A program made the position numbers and the translations under genes. The notes below the pieces were generated by a model. That model did not search any database. It saw nothing but the letters and a program-made list of their open reading frames with translations, and was not told the origin of the DNA. From Seison nebaliae (lineage: Eukaryota), in the NCBI GenBank assembly GCA_023231475.1, contig JALJEE010002379.1:62001-90628 (forward strand): a stretch of DNA of 28,628 nucleotides, written 5' to 3'. The stretch's first letter is position 1. Each line of letters starts with the position of its first letter. This document shows positions 13,201 through 25,060 of this stretch, one piece after another.

Positions 13201-14145
13201 CATCGCTTGATCATCTCCAACAGTATTTTCCCCACGACATTCATAAATTCCTGTGTCACTTTTCTTCGTTTGAGAAATGATGAGTTCTTGACCGAATGAA
13301 TCGATCGTTAAACGATTATCTCGAGGAAGACGTGAATCTCCTCCCTCCAATTTCCTCCATTGAACTCGAGGTGTGGGATAACCGGAGAAAATACATTTTA
13401 ATCGCATTTCTTGTCCCACTAGAAAAAACCGTTTTCGTTCGATATTATTTTGAAGTCGTGGTCGTTTCTGTAATGGTGTGCCCATGCCAACTTTGAGAGA
13501 ATATCGAGGACCATTCACTTGAGCTTCCAATAATTGAAAATGAGATTTACATGAATATGTCGAATTGGTACGACGAGTATCATCCATTTCATCGATGGAA
13601 CTGAAATAAAGATATCCTTTCAAATCTTGGGAGATACGATTAGAATAAGGAACTCGACGATCGATTCCATTCGGTCCTTCGATCGTCCAATAAATGATTG
13701 GTACGGGTAAACCTTTCGGTTTGACACAAGGCAAAATTAAAGATTGTCCTACAGAAACTGATTTTGAAATTATTCGTCGATGTGTTTGAGTTGTAAATTC
13801 CGCTTTCCTCAAATTCACAATCAGAGAGAAAGCCGTTCCATATTGATTGGAAGCAGAACATTGATAGAAACCTTCGTCTACATCTCTCGGTTCGGTGATG
13901 ATTAATGTTCCAGTTGTGGGTCGTAATGACACTCGATTCTTTTGAGCTGATGGATCATATAATTTCTGATCTTTCGTCCAAGTATAATTATTGATTTGTG
14001 GATCACCTCGTGCCACACATGGCAATTCCACTTGACGTCTAGGATCGAAAATTATTTCAAGAGGCGGCTGCTCAATCAGATATGGCGGTGTGGGAATTGT
14101 CCCGAATTGTTTTAGAATGATGAGAAAAATGAGAAGAATTTGCAT
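10210..14145 (-). CDS. Nrg: Neuroglian / L1CAM-family adhesion molecule, single coding exon, 1311 aa (signal peptide, 6 Ig, 5 FN3, TM, cytoplasmic tail)
   Basis: Uninterrupted ORF. First ATG at 14145 gives a signal-like MQILLIFLIILKQFG. Six C...W...C Ig domains (LPCVARGDP, LPCVKPKGLP, LKCIFSGYPTP, FNCRAGGDP, ITCNVFGAPTP, FRCSAVADD), five FN3 repeats (e.g. WVNYTFRVFARNKLGNSDAS), TM WVISFVIIILFLLILLIVHVI. 6 Ig + 5 FN3 is the L1-family architecture. Confidence 0.9.
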   Translation of the reverse strand: MQILLIFLIILKQFGTIPTPPYLIEQPPLEIIFDPRRQVELPCVARGDPQINNYTWTKDQKLYDPSAQKNRVSLRPTTGTLIITEPRDVDEGFYQCSASNQYGTAFSLIVNLRKAEFTTQTHRRIISKSVSVGQSLILPCVKPKGLPVPIIYWTIEGPNGIDRRVPYSNRISQDLKGYLYFSSIDEMDDTRRTNSTYSCKSHFQLLEAQVNGPRYSLKVGMGTPLQKRPRLQNNIERKRFFLVGQEMRLKCIFSGYPTPRVQWRKLEGGDSRLPRDNRLTIDSFGQELIISQTKKSDTGIYECRGENTVGDDQAMIEVNVRSAPFWINKPTSQNIAIGDDTEFNCRAGGDPKPQYRWYKNGRKLKNSDRKYLISETKLIIMDAVEDLDAAVFQCNASNEYGYVFENFYLNVLNQKPDIVNKPPLLTKLVSGQNINITCNVFGAPTPQISWRKDGQSITGGRFKIRHDGMLTINNVSPADEGLWTCFAENRFGSVSASGHILVRKETRIEIRPQNQEKVEGSRAIFRCSAVADDSMNVRIDWLKDNQPIKYHGRIQKDVDDRNTLIILDTQYNDGGTYTCVAKTDLDIDKASATLVVQARPDPPTNLILKCERGEEYRPEPRATLTWQPGGDNNARILSYLVAYNTSFSPEWILVQVELIDDVYNNASSDGSKMNSNAAYSSSQIKRYKTHLIPSQRTTLTIQLNCWVNYTFRVFARNKLGNSDASEISPICSTRMCQPKRNPRNVIGYGTANNRFVIKWDVIPMIEWSAPTFRYEVQYKLVEDKRWKSINILNPLNTSIVIRDIEPNKKIEYRVKSVNQLDNQQGTSDATDDLITYEGYSGVGRPSVRVEIIEQVVSDRSIELRWKEINDLNEIRGRLRGFKFIYTEEELYKEYQQSYTTSRDIYHLHDVYNNETRTIINNLISNTTYRLFAIVYNDIYGSDESEHLIFTTLPGRASSVNDLIGHPYGLTGVRLSWKHPNDLEREELFGYRITYQMVNGIREPKGALIQYNRLIHPSTTNVLIGGLKQNVNYRFYVTPLSGNDGTINGFDEMIEVKVGDMEMRNEMNQLNLNYNKPSTPDITLVSKDMNSVIIEWKPERMLLISSIFFVQYRIKGQSPWQKTENIVQGKRAHIRNLQSATIYEFRVVSTTGQLTDGVSDGETASKIISIRLLGRSQMSQRYGQYNWVISFVIIILFLLILLIVHVISLNFGYCTDDVTDYYLDKKLVRLFTAKNIYNDGIDEKMIDENQSMTIPPDANWPEQQQQQQHDHGNRYHQRNEGDYVPSRHINENEENEEENVSNKYFSDFGTTV

Positions 14146-14712
14146 TTTTCTGATGAGTTTGATAACTCTCCTCAAAAAAACACAGAGAGAGTCAGAATTA
14201 TTCAATTCGTCTGATTCACTCGTACTATTAAATACAAATGAAACATTTACAGCCAAACTTTTTAAATGTCGTCAACGAAAAAGAGAGAATGTAATCCACT
14301 TATTCTTCTCATCGAACCGAAATTGAAGGAACTTAAATAACTTACAATATTATTAGAAATAATTTTAAAAATAATTTTGGAATGGAAATTTGAAAAAAAT
14401 AATTTATTAAAGTTATTCAAAAGAAAAAAATCTTTGTTTTTATATAGAGAATTAAGTAAATCGTCAATTAATTGAGAGTTAAATTGATAGAAAATGTTAT
14501 TTCGTAAAAAAAAAGTATGATGAGAATTTGAGAGGAATATGAGCAACAGGAAAAGGAAGAAGCAATTAAATGATTTCTCGTTCTATCTATCGAATAAAAT
14601 AAAATAAGAGAAAGTTATTCAATTAAGTTTTTTTCTTATTGTCAATCATCTTCTATGAATGTGATCTATATCATTAATATTAATACATTAATATTAATAA
14701 TAATAATACACA

Positions 14713-16901
14713 TTAATATCCACGACTGTTCATTCGTAATAAACTATTCTGTAATTGGGAGGATGGTTGATGTTGAGACAACTTTCCAAATGGTGACGAA
14801 TTAACAATATTATTCTTTGAATTATTAGTCGTGCTATTGTTATTGTTATTATTGTTGTTGTTGTTGTTGTTGGTTTTATTAGTTAGATTTTTCATTCCGT
14901 ATAAACGATTAAAATTATTATTAGTCGACAATTCATTATTTCCCATTTTATTATTGTTATTGGTGTTGTTGTTGTTAGTGGTTGGTAGTTGATGGTTATC
15001 ATTTGATGATTTTTGACGATGAGCTATAGATGAATATTGAATTCGTGGTAATCCAAGTTTACTTCCATCATTCTCATTTCCGTAAATTAATGGATTATGT
15101 GACAGTTTTGATGGAAGTTGTCCGGATGGACTCTTCTCCTCTACTAACAAATTCGGTTGAACTGGTGGTGGTGGTGGAAGTGGAAATTGTCCGTTCCATT
15201 CATTATCATTACTTTCCCCTTTAGGTCCATAAGCATTCTCAATCGTCGTTGAATAACCATAAGGTGCCTATTTGATGAAATAAAATTTGAAAATTTTTAA
15301 ATTTTAATAACAATTTTGAGAATTGAAAATTATATTTTGAAAATAACTTCTATTCCATTTTCGATAAGTGGTGGAATTAACATACGATTCGTCGGTTGAT
15401 ACAAATCTAAATTATTATTTAATGGATATTGATATTGTAAGTCGATATTTCCATATCGATTGCCAATCGATTTCCTTTTTCTATTATTTTGCTGTTGTTG
15501 AGCGTTCGCTGAGAATAATTTTGAATAATTACGAATTAATTCACCTGCTTTCTGAAGAATCAACAACGAATGTGTATCATATGTATGACGGAGATAATGG
15601 AGATTCGAATCGTCAATCGTATCGGGAGAATTATTCAAATTTCTCATTTGCATCCAATCAATCGATGATATTTCCAATAAAGTCGATAACTAAAAGTTAT
15701 GTGAGAAATTGTAAAGAATGTTAAATGAACTAACACAAGCATAAACGGCGATTGCACCACCCATTAAATATCCGATAAAAATATCGAATAAGTGAGAATG
15801 ATAATTTGAATATCGAACACTCGACATCAAAATGGAAACGATCAGTAAGAAGATGATGATTATTAATCGAAATAAACGACAAAAGAAGAATGAGGGACGT
15901 AAAATTCTCAACAACAATATTGATGAAGGTGATCGATTGTTCATATCTGGATAATTTCGATGGTCTCGATTTCGACATCGATTTCCTCCATTATGACTCG
16001 AGATTTTCTTCGAATGATAATTGTTCGTTGATTGTTTCTTATTCTCATTCGAATGATCCTCAATTTGATTATATTGAATGAAGAATCGTTTTTCTAATTC
16101 AGATAATTTCTGTTCTAACATTCTCGTTAATCTATATCGTTGACGATTTGACGGTGAGAGAATGTATTGGAAATAAATCTTCGACGAATGTCAAACAAAC
16201 AGAAAATAAGAACTAACTGCTAAGAAGATGAATGTATATCCGTACAAACTCGAATGAAATGATGGAAATGAAATTCTGCGATTTTTTAATTCAAATAAAA
16301 AAATCCATATATATATATATATATAAATTCCATTAAAATTTTCAATGATGATAAAATAATAACGTTGCATCTCTCATCTTGTCTAGATTGCTATAACCGT
16401 TGCAGATGATTGAAGCTCTTGAATGTCTATCTGAAGTACAGACATCTGGATCAGGTTGACAAACTTCGATGAAATAAGGACGAGGCATCGAAATCGCAAA
16501 TTTGACGACGTAAACGACACACGTATCGAGAGCAACACCCATTAGAAAGACACCTAAATACATAAAAGAAAATTAAATTTCGTAAATTCAACTTTTCTTC
16601 ATATCGATTTGAAGATTTAAAATAATAAATTATTTAAAATAAAAACAGGAATTAAAACAGGAAATTGAAATAACCAAGAAATCGAATAATTCGACGGAAA
16701 TGTTCATTGATTGTAATTCCACAACATTGATCATAAACTGATGGAATATCATTATTCATCGTTTTTTCATTAAATGAATAAATCGCATCTAATCGATGTT
16801 TAAAATCGACAATACTCGAACTATCGTCACTAAGATCATTTTTATGAATTGTAGAGAATGATGAATTCATACACGATTCAATATCACTTCGATCCATATT
16901 A

Positions 16902-16936
<35 letters not shown>

Positions 16937-16965
16937 CTCTTCATTGTTTATCATATTATTATTAA

Positions 16966-17023
<58 letters not shown>

Positions 17024-18801
17024 GTCATTATTGTCAAGCGTTAATGATTTGTCTGTCATTGAGTCAAAAAATAAATGTTCATTTGTTGAAGTGAATAATT
17101 GATTTGCACGTTTATTCCATAAATATGGAAATAATTCCATGAGAATTATAATGAAAATGGGAAGAAGAAGACAAACGAGAAATAATTGTCGTGTATCTAG
17201 ATCGAGAGAATTCATCATATTATTCGTATCAGTCGATGGATAGACGAATGTTTGATGATTATTCGTTAATAATAAATTCGTTTGTCGACTGACGAGTTGT
17301 TGGGGAATGGCTGGGAATTTCCATAATTTCAGCACATCCTTTTCACTTGTCGTTGTCGGGGTTGGTGATGGTTGTCCGGTGGTTTTTCTTCTTTTGTCTT
17401 TTTCTGTTTTCTGGTGAATGAGGAGCATCGGTTCCATTCGTTTCTTTGCTAATTCTATCGCTCGATAAATTAATTTATTTGCTTTCTCACGAGAGAATCG
17501 TTCCACTGATTCATTATTCTTCTCTTTCATTTTAGGTAATTGAACTTTTCTCATTAAAGTTGTCGATGAATCATTTCCTGAAGTAGATAATCGTTTCGTT
17601 ATTGTCTTAATAAACTCCTCCTCCTTCTCTCTCGTTGTTGGAATAGTTGAATTTTCAATTTTTTCATTTGTTGTTCTATTTGCATTGATAATGGTCGTTG
17701 TCGTTTGATTTCCCGATATTTCTCGTTTTTGCCTTTTTTTTTCATCTTCTTTATAATGATAAATTCGTTTCACTCCATATTCGTTAAACGGATCAAAATC
17801 TTTCATATGAATCGGCAACGCGTCTAATAATTCCAATTTTACATAACTGAAATGAAAAAATCGAAACTTTTGAATAATCGATCTTTCTCTTCCGCTGATG
17901 GATTGAAATAAATCTTATTGAGATTTTCATTCAGATCATCCGGAATATTCAATTCCACCATCCGCTGTCTCATACTTTGCGGGCGCTCTTTCACCGAATT
18001 CATCGCCATATCGAAAGCCGAACTAAATTTTAATAATATGTTCAATTTTCGAAATTTCATTTCAAAAAAATGAACTTCACAAATGGATCTGACGTTACTG
18101 TTTTAGATTTTAATGAATTTTGTTTCGATCGAATCTTCTTCAACATCGCCGAAATAACATTGTTGTTGTTGTTGCCATTAGTAGGTGGATCAGTTTGAAA
18201 ATGATTTCTCAATTCAATTGGAGTATTATCGAATGATGATGATGATGAATCGAGTGAGGGAAATAATAAAGATGGATCTTTACAATCGAATATAATATCA
18301 AATGGATGAAGAATTCGTCCTAAACTGAAATATTTAATGAGAATAATAATAATAATATATTTAAAAGAACACTAACAATAACATAGCGGCAATAATAGAA
18401 ATAATGAATAAAAGTAAACTATCGAGAATGAAGGAACATGTGATTTTGGATGATGAATGATATCGTTGTTTTTTCTCCCGAAATATTTCCGAGAAATTCG
18501 TGAAAGATTTCGGAGAAAAACTCGATGTTTTCAATTTGCTTTTACTCTTTTTCTGTTTCTTTTTCGGTAACGATTCTTTCTTCTGTTTCGTCGATTCGGT
18601 TTGGAAAACGGATGATGAATTAGTGGGATTTATCGATTCAGTTTTAGATCGCATGACATCGGTGGTAACGGTTGGAATCTCATCAGTTAAGTTTTTTTGA
18701 TCTAAACTATTCTCTTCTTTTTTCGGAAATTTATTTTGAAGATAATTTGCATCATTTTTTTGGAATGCTTGAAATTTTGGTTGATCCAATATTCTCACCA
18801 T
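14713..18801 (-). CDS. PLPPR: Phospholipid phosphatase-related (PLPPR/PRG-like) PAP2-family membrane protein, ~1188 aa. Exons 18801-18377, 18324-18076, 18022-17868, 17823-16675, 16553-16364, 16275-16218, 16178-15735, 15689-15348, 15267-14713
   Basis: The spliced product has HPFDIIFDCKDPSLLFP, RRIIRFLG|VFLMG (PLPPR-like RRIIRFxGVF), KFAISMPRPYFIEVCQP (C1), ISFPSFHSS (C2), VRYSNYHSHLFDIFIGYLMG (C3), six hydrophobic segments and a long C-terminal tail. All eight introns restore frame. The start codon is tentative. Confidence 0.85.
16307..16325. repeat. (AT)n microsatellite in PLPPR intron 5
   Basis: atatatatatatatatata seen directly. Confidence 0.9.
16967..17023 (-). repeat. Perfect (AAT)19 encoding poly-Asn in the PLPPR loop between TM2 and TM3
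   Basis: Uninterrupted att repeats on the + strand, 57 nt. Confidence 0.95.
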
Positions 18802-20366
18802 CTTCACTTATCAGATGGACAATAATGAAGAATTGTTATTTGACTAAATATTTAATTAGTTGAATCGTCGAATATTTTTGATGACTATGAATAGGACATC
18901 ATTTTTTTTTGATGAAAGTAAATTTAATGGAGAAGGTTATATTTTGGAACGAACTTTTCGTTATTTAATATTGGTAGAAACAGTAATTATTCTATTGAAG
19001 GAAATAATTGAATGAGAGAAGAGAATGAGAATATTGCCCGAATGGATTGATAAGTGAGATGAGAAATATAATGTGGTAGGGAAGAAGGAATAATAAGAGG
19101 ATCAACGCGATAAGAAAGAGGAAGATGGTAATGATCATGGGAAGTGGGGGATTGATTAGTTCATTAAAACTTATAAAGAATGAATTTAATAGGGAGATTG
19201 TGAATGTTAAGAGAGGAGGAGGGTGACGACGGGGAGTGAAGCATCAGGAGAATGTGGTTTAGTTATTTGGAATATAAATTGGAAGTTTAGTTTGTCGTCG
19301 TTCGGTTGGAATAGATAATCTTAAATTCGGGATTAATTTCCTCTTACTATTTGGATGACATAAACCATCAATATCAACATCGACATCACCTTCTTTTTTC
19401 GATGAAATGTGTGAGATCGATCTGATGATGGTAAGGAAATCTGATACGATACATAGAACACGTTCACTGTGTGGTCGAACTTTAGTTCGACGATTTACAC
19501 TTTCATCTACACAATCTCTTCTACGATAAGCGACTGTGACAGTTAGAGAGGAATAGTAGCTACACTTAACTCAATTTTACACCTTCTACATTCCATCACT
19601 ATCTTCGTCCCTATTAGTCGATGTCGCCAAATGTTGACGATGGAAGATGTAACAGGTTGGGATTTCAGTTTGTGATTGACATTCCTCTCTTCTGTTTTAC
19701 CCTCCGAAACTGATAGTCACATTGTATTATTCGGATGAAGTATCGATTATGAGATATTGATAGATAAATAAGAGACATCCAACAAATGTTAATGAGGAGA
19801 AAGAGAATGAAAGTGAGAGAATTGTGGAAGAATGGATAAGAACTTAATTATTCCAATGGCCTTTCACATCATCGCTCCAAAGCGATATAACGATATTTAT
19901 AATCGTTCATGATAACACTCTCTCATCAACTCCACAACCAAACAAATTTGATGGATCGACAATTCTTTTTTGAATGTTGAACAAACATTTCCCCCTCCGA
20001 AATCTTCTCGATGAATTTGATCAATTCTTTTTCCGTTTTTCCATTAATCGAACTTATCCAGAAGTAAATTATTTTCTCACAAAATTTATTTTTAACTCTC
20101 ACAGATAAATAAGTTCTATCGGAAATGGATGAAAGTTATTGATTGAATTTGATATATGGAAATCGTTTGAATATCATCAATTTTCTGAATATTAGACACA
20201 ATTTTTTCTATTTCAAACAAAATTTATTTAAAGTAATCTTCACTTTATAAATTGATAGAACTCATACTACTCTAATTTAATGAAATTATAGATAAATATT
20301 CTGATTGAAGAAATGTACATTTTTCCTCTTTTTTTTAATTCGTTTCTGACGATTTGCTGAACGACA

Positions 20367-20835
20367 TTATAACCGATATGTCTGCCTTACATTTGGCGTA
20401 TTGTTCGAACAATATTTTACAACGACTATCGGATCCGGGTTTCCCGTCCGTATGGGAGATGGAGGAATGCCATGGTCTAGTGCATGAGGTACATCTCTTA
20501 TTTGATCGAAATATGGAATTGTTGCTACAGTGTATACACATGTATTGTTTGGTTTATTTGACGGGAGGTGGGTAGGGACAGATGATAATTTATTATCTAA
20601 TGGATATATTGCCTGTGACTTATCTGTAGTACTAATCTCATCATTTTCGCCACTATCTCTACTATTCAACTGATATAATGACGCTATCATTCTCAAATCT
20701 ATTTCTCTTAATTGACCGTCTTCCAATATTTGAGAAGTTTTCTATTTAATGACGTCAATTCCAATCAACTACCGATTAATTAACTTGCTCAGTCATCAGG
20801 TTCTGTCGCGCTACTCCTCGTTTTAATGTCATCAT
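20367..20835 (-). CDS. Hypothetical 141-aa orphan protein, exons 20835-20785 and 20741-20367
   Basis: ATG 20835 (in-frame stops just upstream) gives MMTLKRGVARQNLMTEQ; a 43-nt GTT...TAG intron (20784-20742) joins in phase 0 to KTSQI plus the 119-codon ORF. No recognisable domain. Confidence 0.55.
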
Positions 20836-21241
20836 TCGTCCTCGAATATTATCGATAGTTTATTAAACGAGTAACATGAGTACTAGTCAAGATATTGGAA
20901 GAGATGATACACAAAAAAAAAAAAAGAATTGGAATTTGGATTTCAATTTTGACACTCCCAAATCAACTAAACTAATAAAGTTCTCTCTAAGAAATTCCAT
21001 CACATCTTCCATCACAAAAAATTTTATGGTTTCAAAACCGCCAAAACGGTTCTTCAATTTTGCATTAAGGAAATTTTTGAGTTTATTTTTGGAAATGTTT
21101 CTGAATAATTTTTTGAAAAATAGCTAAAAACTTCTCTCTCGAGAAAGAAAAGATTCTTTGAAATGTAAATAAACTTTTTGGTTCTGGTAAAATGATGGAA
21201 TAAACTCTCCATATTCACATTCCGTCGTTGGAAGTGTATTC

Positions 21242-23949
21242 TCAATTCATCCACTCATCCTCAAATCCACTCATCACCGTGGCTTGAGAAGGCCGACGAG
21301 CAAAACTGAAAAGTTTTCGATAAATTTTCCTTAAGAAATTTAATGAAACTTTCCCGAATTTTGAGTTTTCGATTTGGATTCCCCTAAGAAATTCTCGACT
21401 ATTCTTTCTGATTTCCCATCGAAAAGATCGTCATCTTGTTGATTATCTTCATCTTTCACTGAAATTGATGAAAATGAGAGAATGCTAATGAAAAAACATC
21501 TTTTAAACATGGAGGTAAAGTTTGAAGACGACGAATTCGTTTATCGTTCTCATTCGACAATTGATCGACATCGAATGATTCGATGGAGAAATTGTCTTGA
21601 ATTAAATTCGATTTATTCGTTTGTCTCTGATTTGAAATGCTAAGGATGGAATCATTATCAGAATCTCTTCGCTAATTTGAAATTGATAATTTAAATTAAT
21701 GAAGAAGAAAAAATGTGAAACATTATTCATTCCATAATTATTGGCATTGTTGACAGCTGTTGAATGAAAATAAATTATTTTGAAATTGAAATAAAAAGAT
21801 AAAATTTAAACCGACAAATTTTGAATCACTGACCAATGCCGATCCATGACGAATTTTCTCATCATCATTTTCATTTCCTGAGAAAGAAGAAATATTTGCA
21901 GAAAATTATTTGAAAAGAAAAATGAACCGATTGTATATCCTTTATTCGTTTTCATACCAGTTCGGGAGACACGTTTGGGTTTACGAAAATTTTCAGTATG
22001 ATCAAATCTTTCAAGAGAAAAAGAAGATGATGAATATGAAATAAAGTTAAATGAGAAACTTATTTGGTGGTAAATGAAATAATTTCTGATCATTATCAAT
22101 ATCATGATAACGATTAGTATTTCCTTTCTATTCGGAATTGATAATTTGAATTTTAGAATATTTAGGAAAATTTAAAACTTTCAATTTTCCTTCAATTTTA
22201 TCTTTCTCCATTTGAAGTTGTTGACTGAGATTCTTCATTTGTTGTAATACGTTCATAACACCAGAATCATCGATATCATCATTCTCCGATTTATTCATCG
22301 TATTCTTATCGAGATTATCATTCCTCTATGGAGAATGATGAAAATGGAAGTTTAAATGAAAATGGGAAACTGGAGGAATTAAAGTATCTTCGCTTTTGAT
22401 GACATCGAGAGGATAATTTTGAGTTGATGGTGACGGTGAAGGTTTCGGTTTCGTATCACCCACTTTCTTCCTTAATGTCGGAACGACTTCCTCATCAATT
22501 TTTCTTTCATTTTCATATCTTTTCTGATTCTGTTGTTGCATTTTTCTTCGAGATTGTTCGTCTTGTTCTTTCTCTTTTTGAAGACGAATCTTTCGCTGTT
22601 GTTCTCTTTGTTCAATTTCTCGTTCTTTCAATTCTTCTGTTTTTCGTTTCTCTTCTTCCATCTTCTCTTGTTTACGTTTCTGTTCCTCCTCAAATTCTTG
22701 TTGTTGATGACGATTTTGTTCTTCTAATCTTTTAGCAATTTTTTCTTCTTCTATTCGATCTTTTTCACGTTTCTCCATTTCTCGACGACGTTTTTCTTCG
22801 ATTTGTTGAAGAAGTTCATTTTTATATTTTTCACTTTTATCCTTCTCCTCTGTCGACTAAATACGTCGAATGAGAAGGAAAAATGAGAGAAAATTAATTT
22901 AAAATTAAATTTAACAAAAAAAATGGAAATTAAAGAGAACTAATGGCTGACCGAAAATTCCATTTCCACCACGAGCATGACCTTCAACGTCTGTCGGTTT
23001 ACCATCTGATTGATATGACATTTCGAGATTCTTTTTCAAATTTGTATTGTTCACTGGAATTGGATTGATTGGTTGAGGTGGGAAATGATTCTGATCAGGA
23101 GATAAATTCATATTGGGAACAGAAACTATGTTACGTTGAGTAGAGGATAATGGAGAATTGATGGCATGATTGGGCGTTCCTCCACCACCTACCATTTTAC
23201 CAAAATATTGATAACGTTTCTGTTCAGCTTCCATACGTTCCTCATATCTGAAATGATGGTTTTATGAAATTTGAAAATTTTTGAAAAATTTAACTTTTGT
23301 TTATCTAATTTCTCTCGTTGTTTTCTTTGACGTTTCTCCTCCATTTGTTGTTCGAGTGCGGCTCGATGTTGTAACATTTTATTCTCTTTCTCATTCTTCT
23401 CATTAATTCGATCGGAAGGAAAAACAGCGAGATCAGGTCGAGATTGATTCGTTCCACGAGAAGAGATAGAAGGTGAATTATTAGATGAAAGTGATGGCAT
23501 AATTCCTGGTTGGAAATTATTGGCAGCAAATTGTTGTGGTTGTTGATGGAAATTGACATTTTTAGGAGAATTATAAGAAATCTTATTGTTAGATAAAGGT
23601 GATCGAGTGAGAATATTTTCCAATTGATTCCGATCAGCAGCCAATTGACGTTGAACCATTTCGTCATGAACATTATGATCTTCGATTACTCGTCCATTAC
23701 CCGTCGCCATCGCCAAGTCATTCCTCAATTGAGAAAGTTCATTAATTCGACGATCGATTTCATTTCGATATTCTCCCATCGATTGTTGATTTTGCTGTTG
23801 GTGAATTGTTCTATCAGTCGGAAATCGATTTGACGACGGAATAAACTGTTGTTGTTGTTGTTGTTTGACTGGAGCTGAATTGTTGACATATTGATGTTGT
23901 TGAATTGGAGGAAGATGAATTTGTTCTGGATGAAATTCTTGTGTTGGAT

Positions 23950-23980
<31 letters not shown>

Positions 23981-24779
23981 ATCAGCTTGATTATAGAGTG
24001 GTTGATTTTTATAGAGAAAGTCTTGTGTTGATTGACTGACTTCCATCGCATTCGCCATAATCGATTGGACTCGATTGGGATTATTAGAGAATTTTGGTGA
24101 TGATGGATCATATCGATTCATCGAACTTCTATTTGTTGTTCCCATCCGTCTATCAATTCCAACATTTCCATTCATCATGGAAATATTATCGTTATTATTG
24201 TTATTATTATTCGAATAATTGTTATTCGTCTAAAATGAAAATATTGGAGAGAAATTCAAATTAATAATATTTCATGTCAATATACATTTTTAATGAGAAA
24301 AAGAAGAACAAGAAATATCTAACCAAATAATGTGACGTCGTCGCATAAGAAGACAGAGGTGAACGATAATAATGTGACAGTTTTCCATTAATTTCCTGCA
24401 GAGAACGATTGGCAACTTCGTTCGTTTGCAAGAAATTTTCATTTGGAGTTTTGTCTGATGAATATTGTGCATAAGTCAGGTGAGATGAACGTCGTGAATT
24501 TAAAGACTATGAAGAAGAGATAGATGAAAAAGAAATATTTTTTTCCAAGTTTTTCAAAAACTATTCAATGTACTTTCACTTTCACAATATCACTACTATT
24601 ACTACTACTGTAATTCAGATGTAAGCAGAACAAAGAAATGAGGAAAAAGGAGAAGAAAAAGATTTTTTAATGGAAATTCTGATGGAAACTTGCAAATGCT
24701 GATGTAGATCGTGCTGTAGTTCTTTTTTCAATTTCTGTTTTTTCTCTTCATATTTTCCGAAGTTATCGAAAAAACTCAT
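21242..24779 (-). CDS. CSPP1: Centrosome and spindle pole-associated protein 1 homolog, ~910 aa. Exons 24779-24690, 24506-24324, 24229-23295, 23247-22941, 22856-22371, 22325-22179, 22127-22060, 22007-21928, 21877-21812, 21756-21722, 21671-21509, 21458-21350, 21305-21242
   Basis: Ordered CSPP1-like motifs: YEEKKQKLKKELQHD, YQYFGKMVGGGG, HARGGNGIFGQPL|STEEKDKSEKYKNELLQQIEEK, coiled coil RLEEQNRHQQQEFEEEQ, LVSDSKFV, FDVDQLSNENDKRIRRL, RRPSQAT...EW. All twelve introns are phase-consistent. Confidence 0.88.
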
Positions 24780-25046
24780 TTCTCATTCACGTTAATTCTT
24801 ATGGTTACTGTTGTTATTGCTATTGTTCGGCAGTAGTAGATAAGACCGGACGGAGTTCATGCAAATTCACTCAAATTTTCTCTTTTTCTATTGTTTGTCC
24901 GGCTGGAAATTTGGTCGCTCTTTTCTCCCGGTGAAATTCGAACCTCTCAATCACACCAATTTCACTCAAAATAAGTTTCTAGAAGAGATAATGGAAATTT
25001 CCAGTCTCGATCTGTTTGATAAATAGGCCATTCATTCAAACCTCAC

Positions 25047-25060
25047 GTTGCTATGACGAC
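25047..25060 (-). promoter_or_regulatory. X-box (RFX-binding site) upstream of CSPP1
   Basis: GTCGTCATAGCAAC on the gene strand fits the ciliary-gene X-box consensus GTHNYY-AT-RRNAAC at all positions, about 270 bp upstream of the CSPP1 ATG. Confidence 0.7.

Noticed and set aside
14146..14256. 37-codon non-ATG extension of the neuroglian ORF
   Set aside because: ATG 14145 directly precedes a signal peptide, so the extension is likely 5' UTR.
20330..20930. Structured ncRNA (RNase P/MRP, snRNA, telomerase) or retroposed insert
   Set aside because: No diagnostic motifs or target-site duplication recognised; a spliced ORF explains the segment better.
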